DNA from: Octopus sinensis | Taxonomy: Eukaryota | Direction of reading: 5' to 3' | Assembly (NCBI RefSeq): GCF_006345805.1 | Contig: NC_043022.1 | Span: forward strand, 5,084,001-5,148,000 | Length of the DNA stretch: 64,000 bases | Shown: positions 39,100 through 51,009 of the stretch, piece after piece | How positions within the stretch are numbered: position 1 is the first letter of the stretch | Layout: every line of letters starts with the position of its first letter | Made by a program: the position numbers and the translations under genes | The notes under the pieces: model-generated | What the model saw: the letters and a program-made list of their open reading frames with translations, nothing else | What the model was told of the DNA's origin: nothing | The model's database searches: none

Positions 39100-39495
39100 C
39101 TCTTTTACACTTGTTTCAGTCATTTGACTGTGGCCATGCTGGAGCACTGCCTTTAGTCGAGCAAATCGAACCCGGGACTTATTCTTTGTAAGCCCAGTAC
39201 TTATTCTATCGGTCTCTTTTGCCGAACCGTTAAGTTACGGGAACGTAAACACACCAGCATCGGTTGTCAAGCGATGTTGGGGGGACAAACACAGACACAC
39301 AAACATATACACACACAAACATATATATATATATATATACATATATACGACAGGCTTCTTTCAGTTTCCGTTTACCAAATCCACTCACAAAGCATTAGCA
39401 GAAGACACTTGCTCAAGGTGCCACGCAGTGGGACTGAACCCGGAACCATGTGGTTGGTAAGCAAACTACTTACCACACAGCCACTCCTGCGCCTA
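39100..39495 (-). mobile_element. Dimeric SINE A+B with a small internal deletion
   Basis: Reverse complement of the family; ~25 bp missing in A. Confidence 0.85.
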
Positions 39496-39712
39496 TATAT
39501 ATTTTTTCTGATATACATAATCACAGTTGGAGAATATTATATATATTATATTATATATATATATATACAGTTAATTTGAGGAAGTTATATCCTCATTAGG
39601 GATTATATAATCCAAGGTATTCCACTGGTTTAATCCGTATCATATAATGTTAGAGTCATTGGTATATGTTAGGGATTATTGAAAATAAGAAGAAAATGGA
39701 GAAGAAATGGAT

Positions 39713-39992
39713 CATCATCATCATCATCATCGGTTCACCTCTGCTTTCCATGCTGGCATGGGTTGGACGATTTGACTGAGGACTGGTGAACCATTTGGCT
39801 GCACCAGGTTCCAATCTGATCTGGCAGAGTTTCTACAGCTGGATGCCCTTCCTAATGCTAACCACTCCGAGAGTGTAGTGGGTGATTTTATGTGCTACTG
39901 GCATGAGGGCCAGTCAGGCGGTACTGGCAATTGCCACACTCAAATGGTGTTTTTTACGTGCCACCTGCACAGGACCAGTCCAGCAGCACTGG
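39713..39992 (-). mobile_element. Retroposon family C
   Basis: Same tail and body. Confidence 0.8.
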
Positions 39993-40074
39993 CGTAATTA
40001 ATAATTTATTTGTATGTTACAAAAGAAAACTGATTACCTAAGTTCCATTCGCTCTATAGTAACCCCAAAGAAGT

Positions 40075-40570
40075 CCTACCATCATTATCATCATTGTTCG
40101 ACCGTGGTCGAGACAATGGAATTTACCATGCTACGCCAGACTTCACTGTCCATCATGGCATTACGGAGGTCCTGTTGCTGTATGCCTGTATCCCTGGAGA
40201 TTACATCAGGGTAGGAGAGTGTGCGCCCTCTGGTATTGCAAGTAGATGGCTTCCAGAGGAGAAGAGTAGAAATTACTTCTTTTTCAGCTCTACAACAATG
40301 TCCAGCAAACTGGACTCTCCTACCTTTCACAAGAGATGACACAGGTGGTAGTTTCCCATATATATGCATTTTGGTTGGATGGCGCTTCCACGAGAGATTT
40401 TGAACTCTCATAAGGAGGCGAGTGTAGGTTCCATCCAACCGCCTCTCAAGCTTCTTTGATAACGTCCAGGTTTCTGAGCCATATAGTAGAATTGGTTCAA
40501 CTGTGGCTTTGAATATTTCAAGTTTGAAGTCTCTACTTACATTTGATGACCAGATCTTATGCATGTCCTA
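40075..40570 (-). pseudogene. 5'-truncated RTE-clade LINE, ORF2 C-terminal region with (GAT)n tail
   Basis: ORF 40091-40564 contains KLEIFKATVEPILLYGSETWT...RRVQFAGHCCR...W, the RTE post-RT signature; the stop is followed by TGATGATAATGATG. Confidence 0.9.
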
Positions 40571-42208
40571 CCACCATGTAGTTAGAATATGGTACCTTCC
40601 TTAGCATTTAACGAAATGCTTGGAAATTCTGATCAACTGGGGGATAGGACTGAAACATATATGTAGATTACTTTTTTTTTTTTTGAGCTTTTCCACCTGT
40701 AATCAGTTTATTTGTGCTGTAATGCTTTTTAAAAGAATCTTTCATCTTTTTGTAAGATACAAATAAATTATTAATCACATCCATTTCTTCTCCCTTTTCT
40801 TCTTGTTTTTCCCCAATTGTTATATATATATTATGGTGCCCCAGCATGGCCGCAGCCTTCAGGCTGAAACATATAAAAGAATATATTATATATGTGGCCT
40901 GGTGGTTAGGGAGTTGCACTAATGATTGCTAGATCATGGGTTCAATTCTTAGACTGGATGATGCATTGTGTTCTTGAGCAAAACATTTCATATCATGTTG
41001 CTTCAATAGCTGGGATATCCCAGAAACAGCTGTCATGGACTATTTTTTGCTATTGCTTATCATTTGTTGTGAAGCTAAACTCAGATTAAATTAAATGTCC
41101 TAGTCATATCTTGCCTAATTGTTTGCCTTTCCCCCTCTCTATTTTCACCTACACCTACTGACTCAAAGGGAAGCCACTTCTAGCCATTTTCAGCAAGGCA
41201 ATCACATAACCACAACTTCAACTGCTGTTCAAACTGGAATTTTGGTGGCACACCTTTTGGAGGACTCAGAATGCATACCTATTAGGCTGAGTTATCTTGA
41301 GGAAAACTCCTCATATCCTTTATATACAGCTATAACTGTTTCAAAGCATTCTTGCACCTGTAGTTCATAGGTGAGAAATTATGCAGTCATAACCTTACAT
41401 CCCAGGTATAAAATGCATTCCCTCAGGTGATTGTTTAAAGAAATCCCTCGTGACATACTCTCACCATTTCACCACTTTAGTCTTTCATCATTTACATAAA
41501 TTCTACGGATAGTATGGAAGTCTGGATGTATATCCAGTAGCAAAAGCATTTCTATGGTATAATGACACCAGCTAGCCAATAACTGTGGATGAGCTTTGCA
41601 AGGCTTTCCACGAGGTTTTTACCTGAATCTCACTTAACTATATATGTATATATTTCTGTATATGTCTGTTTCTGTCTGTGCGTCTGTCAATTACTCTTCT
41701 ACCACTAATGCTCTTATAACATATGTTAAAGGTTATAACCGAATATAACCACACAATTGTACACAAGTAAGAAAATGGTTCAGGAAATTTGAAACAACAC
41801 TTAAGATTTGTTTCATCGAACTTTCTAGAAACATTATGTCACCAAATTAACTATGCTATGACAAAGATGTGTTCATGTTCAATCCTCACTCAGGCCTTTG
41901 CAACCGTTATATGGCTTTTCTTTATTCTATTTTCTTTTATTTTTTTAATTTCATTTTATTCTCGTTTTATCATACTAGTGTTTGCTTTTCTTCATTACCC
42001 GTTCCAAACATCTCTTCAAAATTATTTTATGTAAAATAGCCTAAAATGGAACTATTTGGTGATGTATAAGTTGTGTTAAAATCAAACTTTTATATACCAC
42101 ATGTGTGTGTGTGTGAGGGTATGTGTGTGTGTATATCTCACATAGAAGTGTGAACATAAGTTGGTAAATAGAAGATACACACACAAACACACATATATAT
42201 GTGTGTGT

Positions 42209-42242
<34 letters not shown>

Positions 42243-42889
42243 GAAACATGTATCTGTGTGTGTGTGTACATATATTCATATATATATATAATATATATAT
42301 ATATATAATATATATATATATATATGAATATATGTACACACACACAGATACATGTTTCTGTGTGTGTATATACGTATATATATTCATAAAAGTATGTTAT
42401 ATATATATATGTATATGTATATATATATGTATGTATGTATGTAAATGTATATCAACAAATATAAGCATACCTTATATACATATATGTATGTAAATATATG
42501 TATATGTATACGTACACACACACATTCATATATATATGTGTGCATACACACACAAACACACACTGGTATATACATACTGGTATATACATACATTGGAGGA
42601 ATTACAAGAGCAAGTTCCAGAAAGTGGCTTGCACTTGTCATAATCACTTTAAAAAGCCGAGTAATCGTCTAAAATGAGTTGTTGTTAAGATGAGGCATGG
42701 CCTCGGTTGTCTTCTCTCTTTTTCTGGTATTACTTTACATCAAACCATTGTTAGCTGCTCTCACGCAACCTAAATAAGCGCAAAATTATAGAGTCTTTCT
42801 TCTCTGTGGCTTTTAATCTACTCAGATGTTGAAAGGAAATGGCACAGTGATGGGTGGGGTGGAAATAATTTGCATAAATTTATAACGAT

Positions 42890-43280
42890 CATTTGGATTT
42901 CTTCCACTCCTTGCTGTTGTTGTTGTTGTTGCTGTTGATTTTCCTCTTCATCTTGTTCATCTTCTTTATTTCTCTTTTCCTTGGTCATCATCCTCATCGT
43001 CATCATCATCTTCTTCTTTGTCTTCCTCCTCCTCCTTCCCTCCTCTTTCTCTCCTCCTCCTCCTCTTCTTCTACTTCTTCTTCTACTCCTCCCCCCACTC
43101 CCCATTCTTCACTTTTAAACTTTTGAACAGTTTCACATCATCATCATCTTCTTCTTTGTCTTCCTCTTCCTCCTTCCCTCCTCTTTCTCTCCTCCTCCTC
43201 CTCCTCCTCTTCTTCTTCTTCTTCTTCTACTCCTCCCCCCACTCCCCATTCTTCACTTTTAAACTTTTGAACAGTTTTTC
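42890..43280. repeat. Pyrimidine-rich trinucleotide island with a ~140-bp tandem duplication
   Basis: The block CTACTCCTCCCCCCACTCCCCATTCTTCACTTTTAAACTTTTGAACAGTTT occurs twice. Confidence 0.85.
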
Positions 43281-43629
43281 ACAACTTTCCAAATCTAGAG
43301 ATCGAAATTCTTGCTGCCGTTCTTGCAATACGATTTCCATTTCAGCAGAACTTGGCAGTGAGGAGAGGTGGAGGTGTGGTAGAGACGAGGAGGTGCAGCT
43401 TTTATTATGACAGAGCGTGGGGGCGGGGAAGATGGGGTGGGGTTGGGTGGGGTGGGGGTGAGTAGCAGGAAGTGGAATTGATGTTTATCGAAATTAGCAT
43501 CAGCTGAAGAAAACATTGTCTGTTATTTATTAACAAGTGGTCGCCCAATGTCAAGTTTACACGACAGCAACAATGACAACAACATTACAACAGCAGTAAA
43601 CAAAAGTTATAACATACGCACACTTGCAC

Positions 43630-44028
43630 GCACATCAGTGCTGCCTGGCTGGCTCCTGTGCCAGTGGCACATAAAATGCACCATTGGAGTATGGTCGATG
43701 CCAGTGCCACCTGACTGGCTCCCATGCCGGTGGCACATAAAATACACCATTTGAGTATGGTCGATGCCAGTGCCACCTGACTGGCTCCCATGCCGGTGGC
43801 ACATAAAATGCACCATTTGAGTATGGTCGATGCCAGTGCCACCTGACTGGGTCTCATGCTGGTGGCACATAAAAAGCACCCACTACACTCTTGGAGTGGT
43901 TGGTGTCAGGAAGGGCATCCAGCTGTAGAAACTTTGCCAGATCTGATTGGAGCCTGGTGCAGCCTCCTGGATTTCCAGTCCTCAGTCAAACCATCCAACC
44001 AGCATGGAAAGCGGACATTAAATGATGA
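43630..44028 (+). mobile_element. Retroposon family C with about four tandem ~57-bp units
   Basis: The unit GTGGCACATAAAAT(G/A)CACCATT(T/G)GAGTATGGTCGATGCCAGTGCCACCTGACTGG is repeated. Confidence 0.85.
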
Positions 44029-44451
44029 TACACGCATGTGCGCATGTACACATACACACACACACACATGCATACACACACATGCACACACACACACAAA
44101 GACACACACATACAATGACATACACACACATACAAAGACACACACACACACACACACACAAAAAGCACCCCCACCTCCACACATAAATATATAGTAAGAT
44201 AACGAGGTACTGCTGTTAATAGGAGAGGTTAGAAAGGTAAAGGAGGGTGGGTGAAATGAAATAAAAGAAGATAAAATGGAATAAGAAATCAGAGAGTAAA
44301 AAGTGGGGGGGGTATGAGGAGTTTTAATTCTGTGTGAATAGATTTTATGGATTTAAATGTTTTAAAGGTTCTTGGATGGAAAAGATTAAGGATATATAAA
44401 AGGTTTAAGGATATGGAAGGGGATATAAAAATGGATAGGGAGACAAGATGG

Positions 44452-44770
44452 TGGTGGTGGTGGTGGTGTTAGTATTGGTGTAGTTGTGGCGGTGGTGGTG
44501 GTGGCGTTAGTATTGGTGTAGTTGTGGCGGTGGTGGTGGTGGCGTTAGTATTGGTGTAGTTGTAGCGGTGGTGGTGGTGGCGTTAGTATTGGTGTAGTTG
44601 TGGCGGTGGTGGTGGTGGCGTTAGTATTGGTGTAGTTGTAGCGGTGGTGGTGGTGGCGTTAGTATTGGTGTAGTTGTGGCGGTGGTGGTGGTGGTGGTGG
44701 CGTTAGTATTGGTGTAGTTGTAGTTGTAGCGGCGGTGGTGGTGGTGGCGTTAGTATTGGTGTAGTTGTGG
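44452..44770. repeat. 38-bp G-rich minisatellite
   Basis: GCGTTAG recurs at 44504, 44542, 44580, 44618 and 44656, then in longer units. Confidence 0.9.
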
Positions 44771-45614
44771 CGGTGGTGGTGGTGGTGTCTATTGTGGTGG
44801 TGGTGTTGATTGTGGAGGGGATGTCGGTGGTGATGATGGCAATGGTGATGATGATGGCGATGGTGATAGCAGGAAGGGGATATAAAAATGGATAGGGAAA
44901 CAAGATGGTTGTGGTGGTGGTGGCGTTAGTATTGGTGTAGTTGTGGCGGTGGTGGTGTCTATTGTGGTGGTGGTGTTGATTGTGGAGGTGGTGTTGGTGG
45001 TGATGATGGCGATGGTGATGATGATGGCGATGGTGATAGCAGTGGTAGCAGCAGCAGCAGTTGTGGTGATGATAGTGATAATGATAATGATGATGATGAT
45101 GATAACATTGATAAAAATAATGACAATAATGATGACGACGATGACAATGATAACGATGATGGTGATGATGGCTACAACGGCAACGATGCTACTGCAAACA
45201 GCAAAGATAAATGATATGACAAATAATGATAATAACTCCCTCAATAAACAAATAATAATTCTGAAGAATAAATGGAAAAAAAAAGACTTTACAATAAATG
45301 AATAAATAAATAAACAAATAAAGCAAGAAACAAAAAAGAAAACCGAAAAGCAACTCTTTTGAAGTTTAGTCGTCAAGTGATATCGGCGGCAGGAAGATTA
45401 ATTATGTCTCTTGAAGCATTTCCAGTTGGAGCTGTTGTCGATGTGTTGGACAAGATGTATTTCTTGCTCACCACATCTGTCTGGTAATAACACATCAAAC
45501 AGCCTCTGTTAGTTGTTCATTTATTTATAATGTCTTTTTGTTGTTGTTGTTGTTGTTGTTGTTTTTGGTTTCATTATATTTTAATGTTTAATCAAAGATT
45601 CACTTTTACAATAT

Positions 45615-46036
45615 TGGTACGACAGGCACCCATGCCAACCCCCTTTGCTTGCGAAGACATGTTGGGGCAAGCGAAATCGAAATCGAATTGAACCAGCCAG
45701 GATCCCTGATCTCGTGGTACGTAAAAAGCACTATCCAACTCGTGGCCGATGCCAGCGCCGCCTCGACTGGCTTCCGTGCCGGTGGCACATAAAATACACC
45801 AATCCGACCGTGGCCGTTGCCAGCCTCGCCTGGCACCTGTGCAGGTGGCACGTAAAAAGCACCCACTACACTCACGGAGTGGTTGGCGTTAGGAAGGGCA
45901 TCCAGCTGTAGAAACATTGCCAGATAAGACTGGAGCCTGGTGCAGCCTTCTGGCTTCCCAGATCCCCCGTCGAACAGTCCAACCCATGCTAGCATGGAGA
46001 ACGGACGTTAAACGATGATGATGATGATGATGATGA
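45615..46036 (+). mobile_element. Longest family C copy, including sequence upstream of the tandem units
   Basis: CpG-rich leader, two to three units, body, (GAT)n tail. Confidence 0.8.
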
Positions 46037-46485
46037 ATATCAGTTGTTTGTTGTGCCACTTGTTGAGTGCTGATGTATATATTTGATATGTTTTATAATG
46101 TAGCTTTCTGTGTGTGTCACCTTAGTGTCGTGCACTAATAACAGTGTCATATATAGTACACACATACACACACATATATATATATATACAACAGGCTTCT
46201 TTCAGTTTCCGTCTACCAAATCCACCCCCAAGGCTTTGGATGGCCTGAGGCTATAGTAGGAGACATTTACCCAAGGTGCCATGCAGTGGGATTGAATCCG
46301 GAACCATGTGTTTGGGAAACAAGCTTCTTACTACACAGCCACTCCTGTGCCTATATGTGTATACATTATTAGATAATAAATTGTATGGTATACACCCGGT
46401 AGTTTACTGGTAGAGCACATTCAGTTTCACACAAACCGAGAAGATATCTTGTGGGTCAGTTGGTATTTTAATGAGATATATCTTG

Positions 46486-46595
46486 TAATCACCTGAAGAG
46501 ACATATCTACACAATCAGATACTCCTAAACCAGTTGTTAAATATCCCACCCATTTGGGATTGATGCTAGATGGGTTGAAACAGTTGTAGTGATTA
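46486..46595 (+). ncRNA. Type I hammerhead motif with a 77-nt stem II domain
   Basis: Perfect 7-bp stem I TAATCAC / GTGATTA; CTGAAGA 46493-46499; stem II closed by GAC / GTT; GAAA 46577-46580; ACAGTTGT; GTA 46586-46588. Confidence 0.65.
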
Positions 46596-46723
46596 ATAAA
46601 CATTCTCGTATCTTCCATCTTCCATCTCTCTCTTTAATCAAATATATATACACAGATATATATATATATATATATCTTTATTTATATATATATATATATA
46701 CCTTTATACATATATATACATAC

Positions 46724-47170
46724 ATGTTAAATAAAATGAGACAACAGAGTCAAGGCTGTATGGAATTTTCAGGACATTTATAAAGATGTAGTCTTACAGC
46801 TGTTTCTGGGATATTAGGGATATCCCTTCATCAGAGATGATGTGAGGTGGTTAAAAAGACGAAAATAGTAGAGTTCAATATAAAGAGTTATTTTGGAAAA
46901 GGATGGAAATAAGAAGTATAAAGGGAAATATGAGAATAAAAATGGAAATAAAAATCTATGTAGGATGTTACAGTTGCAGTTTCATTATCCAAGGAAAGTG
47001 GTGTGTAGAATGGGTAGAAATGCTTCTTGTCCATTGTATGTAAATTCCGACAGGAGTTCATATTTTGGTATTACAAGTGGACAGTGTGGAGATGTAGATT
47101 CCATGTGCTGTTCATTCAAAGGGATTTTGTGGTGTGAATGAAATTTTGAGAATGTAGTGGTAGCATTAAT
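46724..47170 (-). mobile_element. Penelope-like pLTR / 3' end
   Basis: Diverged inverted homolog of 47763-48183; contains a hammerhead motif. Confidence 0.7.
46791..46838 (-). ncRNA. Minimal type I hammerhead motif
   Basis: Minus strand ATCT-CTGATGA-A-GGGATAT-CCCTA-ATATCCC-A-GAAA-CAGCTG-TA-AGAC. Confidence 0.7.
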
Positions 47171-47660
47171 AATAAAATAATAATAATAAACATTGTGTAC
47201 AGTGCTCAGGTGCACTACAACTCATCTAAAGTGTATATATATATAATCAGGTGTAGTTTCGACGGATTTCGGAAAGCATGAGGGCCTTAAAGGATGCAGT
47301 GTCATGGCAGTCAACAACTGACGCAGGCAGTTTATTCCATGCTTCAGCAACTCTGAGCGTGAAAAAATGTTTCCGAAAGTCATGGAAGGAGGTGTGCTGT
47401 TTTCTGACTTTGTAGGCATGTCCACGTGTGTTAGACACATGGAGATCAAAAAGGTGTTCAGTGTTGTTATTGGTGAGGTGGTTGACAACTTTGTGGGCGT
47501 TTACCACGTCCGTCGCCAGATGCTGGAGCTTCAGTGAATCCATGCCCAGGGAAACAAGGCGCTCAGAATATGGTAGATGTCTGATGGAGTGTATGCGTTT
47601 GGTTGCACGTCTCTGGACAGATTCCAGGAGGTCAATGTTCTGAGCAAGATGTAGGTTTTG
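47167..47660 (-). pseudogene. CR1-clade LINE ORF2 C-terminal fragment with (AAT)n tail
   Basis: LLESVQRRATKRIHSIRHLPYSERLVSLGMDSL...TRGHAYKVRKQ...RKHFFTLRVAEAWNKLP, the CR1 C-terminal signature. Confidence 0.9.
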
Positions 47661-47762
47661 TTTCATTTTCTCTTCCTCTTACTTTCCTTCTTCTTTCCTC
47701 ACCTATTCCCTTTCACCGTTCTCCTTGTTTTAACATTGACATCTTTTCTCTCCCGTCTTTCT

Positions 47763-48183
47763 ACTTAATACTACCACAACATTCTCAAAATTTCACTCAC
47801 ACCACAAGACCCCTTTCAATGAACAGCTCATGGAATCTACGTCTCCACACTTCCCTTTTGTAATGACAAAATATGAACTCCTGTCATGGACAAGAAGCAT
47901 TTCTATCACTCCTATACACCACTTTCCTTGGAACTGTAACATCCTACATATATTTTTACTTTTATTTTTATTCTCTTATTTCCCTTTATACTCCCTACAT
48001 CCAGCTTTTTCTAAAATAACTCATTTTGAACTCTACTATTTCCCTCTAGTTAAATCTCTCGCATCGTCTCTGATGAAGGGATTTCATTATATCCCAGAAA
48101 CAGCTGTAAGACTACCTTTCCCTTTATAAATGTCCTGTAAATTCCACACAGCCTTGGCTTTGTTGTCTCATTTTATTTAACAC
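47763..48183 (+). mobile_element. Penelope-like pLTR / 3' end
   Basis: Inverted homolog of 46724-47170; contains a hammerhead motif. Confidence 0.7.
48066..48112 (+). ncRNA. Minimal type I hammerhead motif
   Basis: GTCT-CTGATGA-A-GGGAT-TTCATTAT-ATCCC-A-GAAA-CAGCTG-TA-AGAC; stem I GTCT / AGAC; palindromic ACAGCTGT. Confidence 0.75.
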
Positions 48184-48294
48184 ATTCATGCTCTGACTCC
48201 TCACTTGTATTATTATTGAACCGAAAGTTTAACTGCTGTCTTTCCATAGCACCTACACAGCCTTACCTACCACCTTGGGTGGCAGGTAAGGCTC

Positions 48295-48341
<47 letters not shown>

Positions 48342-48500
48342 TGGGCTTCTTTCAGTTTTTGGCTACCAAATCCACTCAGAAGGCTTTGGCTGGCCCAAGC
48401 CTATAGTAGAAGACATTTGACCAAGGTGCCACACAGTGGAACTGAACCCAGAAGCATGTGGTTGGGAAACAAGCTTCTTACCACACAGCCACTCCTGCAC

Positions 48501-48550
<50 letters not shown>

Positions 48551-48554
<4 letters not shown>

Positions 48555-49493
48555 GCTTCTTTCATTTTCCATCTATCAAATCCATTCATAAGGCTTTTGG
48601 CAAATGAAGGCTATAGAAGATGACATTTCCTCAGGGTTCCACACAGTGGGACTGAACCCAGAAGCATGTGGTTGGGAAGCGAGCTTCTTACCACACAGCC
48701 ACGCCTGTGCCTATCATCATCATCATCATCATCATCGTTAACGTCTGTTTTCCATGCTGGTACGGGTTGGATAGTTTTATATATGTATTTTAATTAATGT
48801 CTTTGAAATGATGATGATTCTTAATACAACGTGCTACACTTTGACACTATTCACATCTTGAAAAGAATTTGTGTGCATTCGCATGGTTGTGGATGCATTG
48901 GTAATTAATTATATACATGGCGGTGACATATACATGTGTGCGCATGTGTGCATGAAGAATGCAACATAAATGTTTATTTATATATATATATACACACACT
49001 TATGTTTGTTGATATACATTTACATACATACATAAATATATATGTGTGTGTGTGCACTCATTTTTTCTTAATCTACATATACATACATAAATAAACACAC
49101 ATGAACATATATATCTTGAGTGAAACAGGTATATAAGAAGCATACGGTATGAAGTCATGATGGTAGGAGGCCCTCGCCTCCATCCCCCATCTGCCTCACT
49201 AAACTTACATCTTCTAGAAAATCTTATTCTAAATGAATACACCAATATATAAAAAATTTAAGAATATAAAAAAAAACAGACAATATAAAATAAAAAATCA
49301 GAAAGAAAACATTATGAATTCTTTGATAGAATCTTGTCTGTATTCACCACCACCAGGTACATTTCCATAGAATTGGTAAAAAAAATGTAGTATCTTTAAA
49401 AGTTTTGTCTACATTTGCCCATTCTACATATGCATATGTTTGTCTGAATATATATCTATCTGTGTGTCTGTATCAGTGTGTGTGTGTGTGTGT

Positions 49494-49535
<42 letters not shown>

Positions 49536-50482
49536 ACAGGCTTCTTCATTTTCCATCTATCAAATCCATTCATAAGGCTTTTGGCAAATGAAGGCTATAG
49601 AAGATGACATTTCCTCAGGGTTCCACACAGTGGGACTGAACCCAGAAGCATGTGGTTGGGAAGCGAGCTTCTTACCACACAGCCACGCCTGTGCCTATCA
49701 TCATCATCATCATCATCATCATCGTTTAACGTCTGTTTTCCATGCTGGTACGGGTTGGATAGTTTTATATATGTATTTTAATTAATGTCTTTGAAATGAT
49801 GATGATTCTTAATACAACGTGCTACACTTTGACACTATTCACATCTTGAAAAGAATTTGTGTGCATTCGCATGGTTGTGGATGCATTGGTAATTAATTAT
49901 ATACATGGCGGTGACATATACATGTGTGCGCATGTGTGCATGAAGAATGCAACATAATGTTTATTTATATAATATATACACACACTTATGTTTGTTGATA
50001 TACATTTACATACATACATAAATATATATGTGTGTGTGTGCACTCATTTTTCTTAATCTACATATACATACATAAATAAACACACATGAACATATATATC
50101 TTGAGTGAAACAGGTATATAAGAAGCATACGGTATGAAGTCATGATGGTAGGAGGCCCTCGCCTCCATCCCCCATCTGCCTCACTAAACTTACATCTTCT
50201 AGAAAATCTTATTCTAAATGAATACACCAATATATAAAAAATTTAAGAATATAAAAAAAAACAGACAATATAAAATAAAAAATCAGAAAGAAAACATTAT
50301 GAATTCTTTGATAGAATCTTGTCTGTATTCACCACCACCAGGTACATTTCCATAGAATTGGTAAAAAAAAATGTAGTATCTTTAAAAGTTTTGTCTACAT
50401 TTGCCCATTCTACATATGCATATGTTTGTCTGAATATATATCTATCTGTGTGTCTGTATCAGTGTGTGTGTGTGTGTGTGTG
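48551..50482. repeat. ~985-bp direct tandem duplication
   Basis: Copies start at 48551 and 49536; the differences I see are small indels. Confidence 0.9.
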
Positions 50483-51009
50483 TTTTTTTTCTTTCTAATT
50501 TTGTTTGAAATCTCTATTATTAATTAAAATTCTTAACATGTATGTGACATTTGAGGAAAAACAAAAATGTAAATATTGTTAGCACAATAATGTCCTATTG
50601 ACCTCTAAATGATGCATAGATAAAACTATTTGAATATCTTAAACAAGCTTGCAGCATCTCAATTTAAATATGTGTGTATGTATATATATATATATTATAT
50701 GCACTCACATACACACACACATATATATCTGTACATATATACATACAGAGACAGATATACATGTAGCTTTAGAAAAATAATTTTAAATTGCAAATAATAA
50801 AAAAGAAATAAATTAGAATTCTCAATGAATTCTTTGCATATCTGTAAAATGTTCTGATATATTTGGTTATAGGAACGTGAGATATCTATGAGTGTGTGCT
50901 ATCATTTAAAACTCAAAAATATATATTCCTTATATAACCTCTAAAACACAACATCAGTGGTTTGGGTTGTTGGTGTATGATGAAATATTTATATCGAGTC
51001 TTAGGATTG

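Noticed and set aside
43230-43516. Short ORFs (MFSSADAN..., MEIVLQERQQEF...)
   Set aside because: They run through a G-tract and a duplicated low-complexity block; no splice or homology support.
44452-44770. Telomeric or subtelomeric array
   Set aside because: The unit contains TTAG but not TTAGGG repeats.
45370-45475. Possible terminal exon on the minus strand (RCGEQEIHLVQHIDNSSNWKCFKRHN*)
   Set aside because: Weak acceptor, two frames equally plausible, no recognisable protein.
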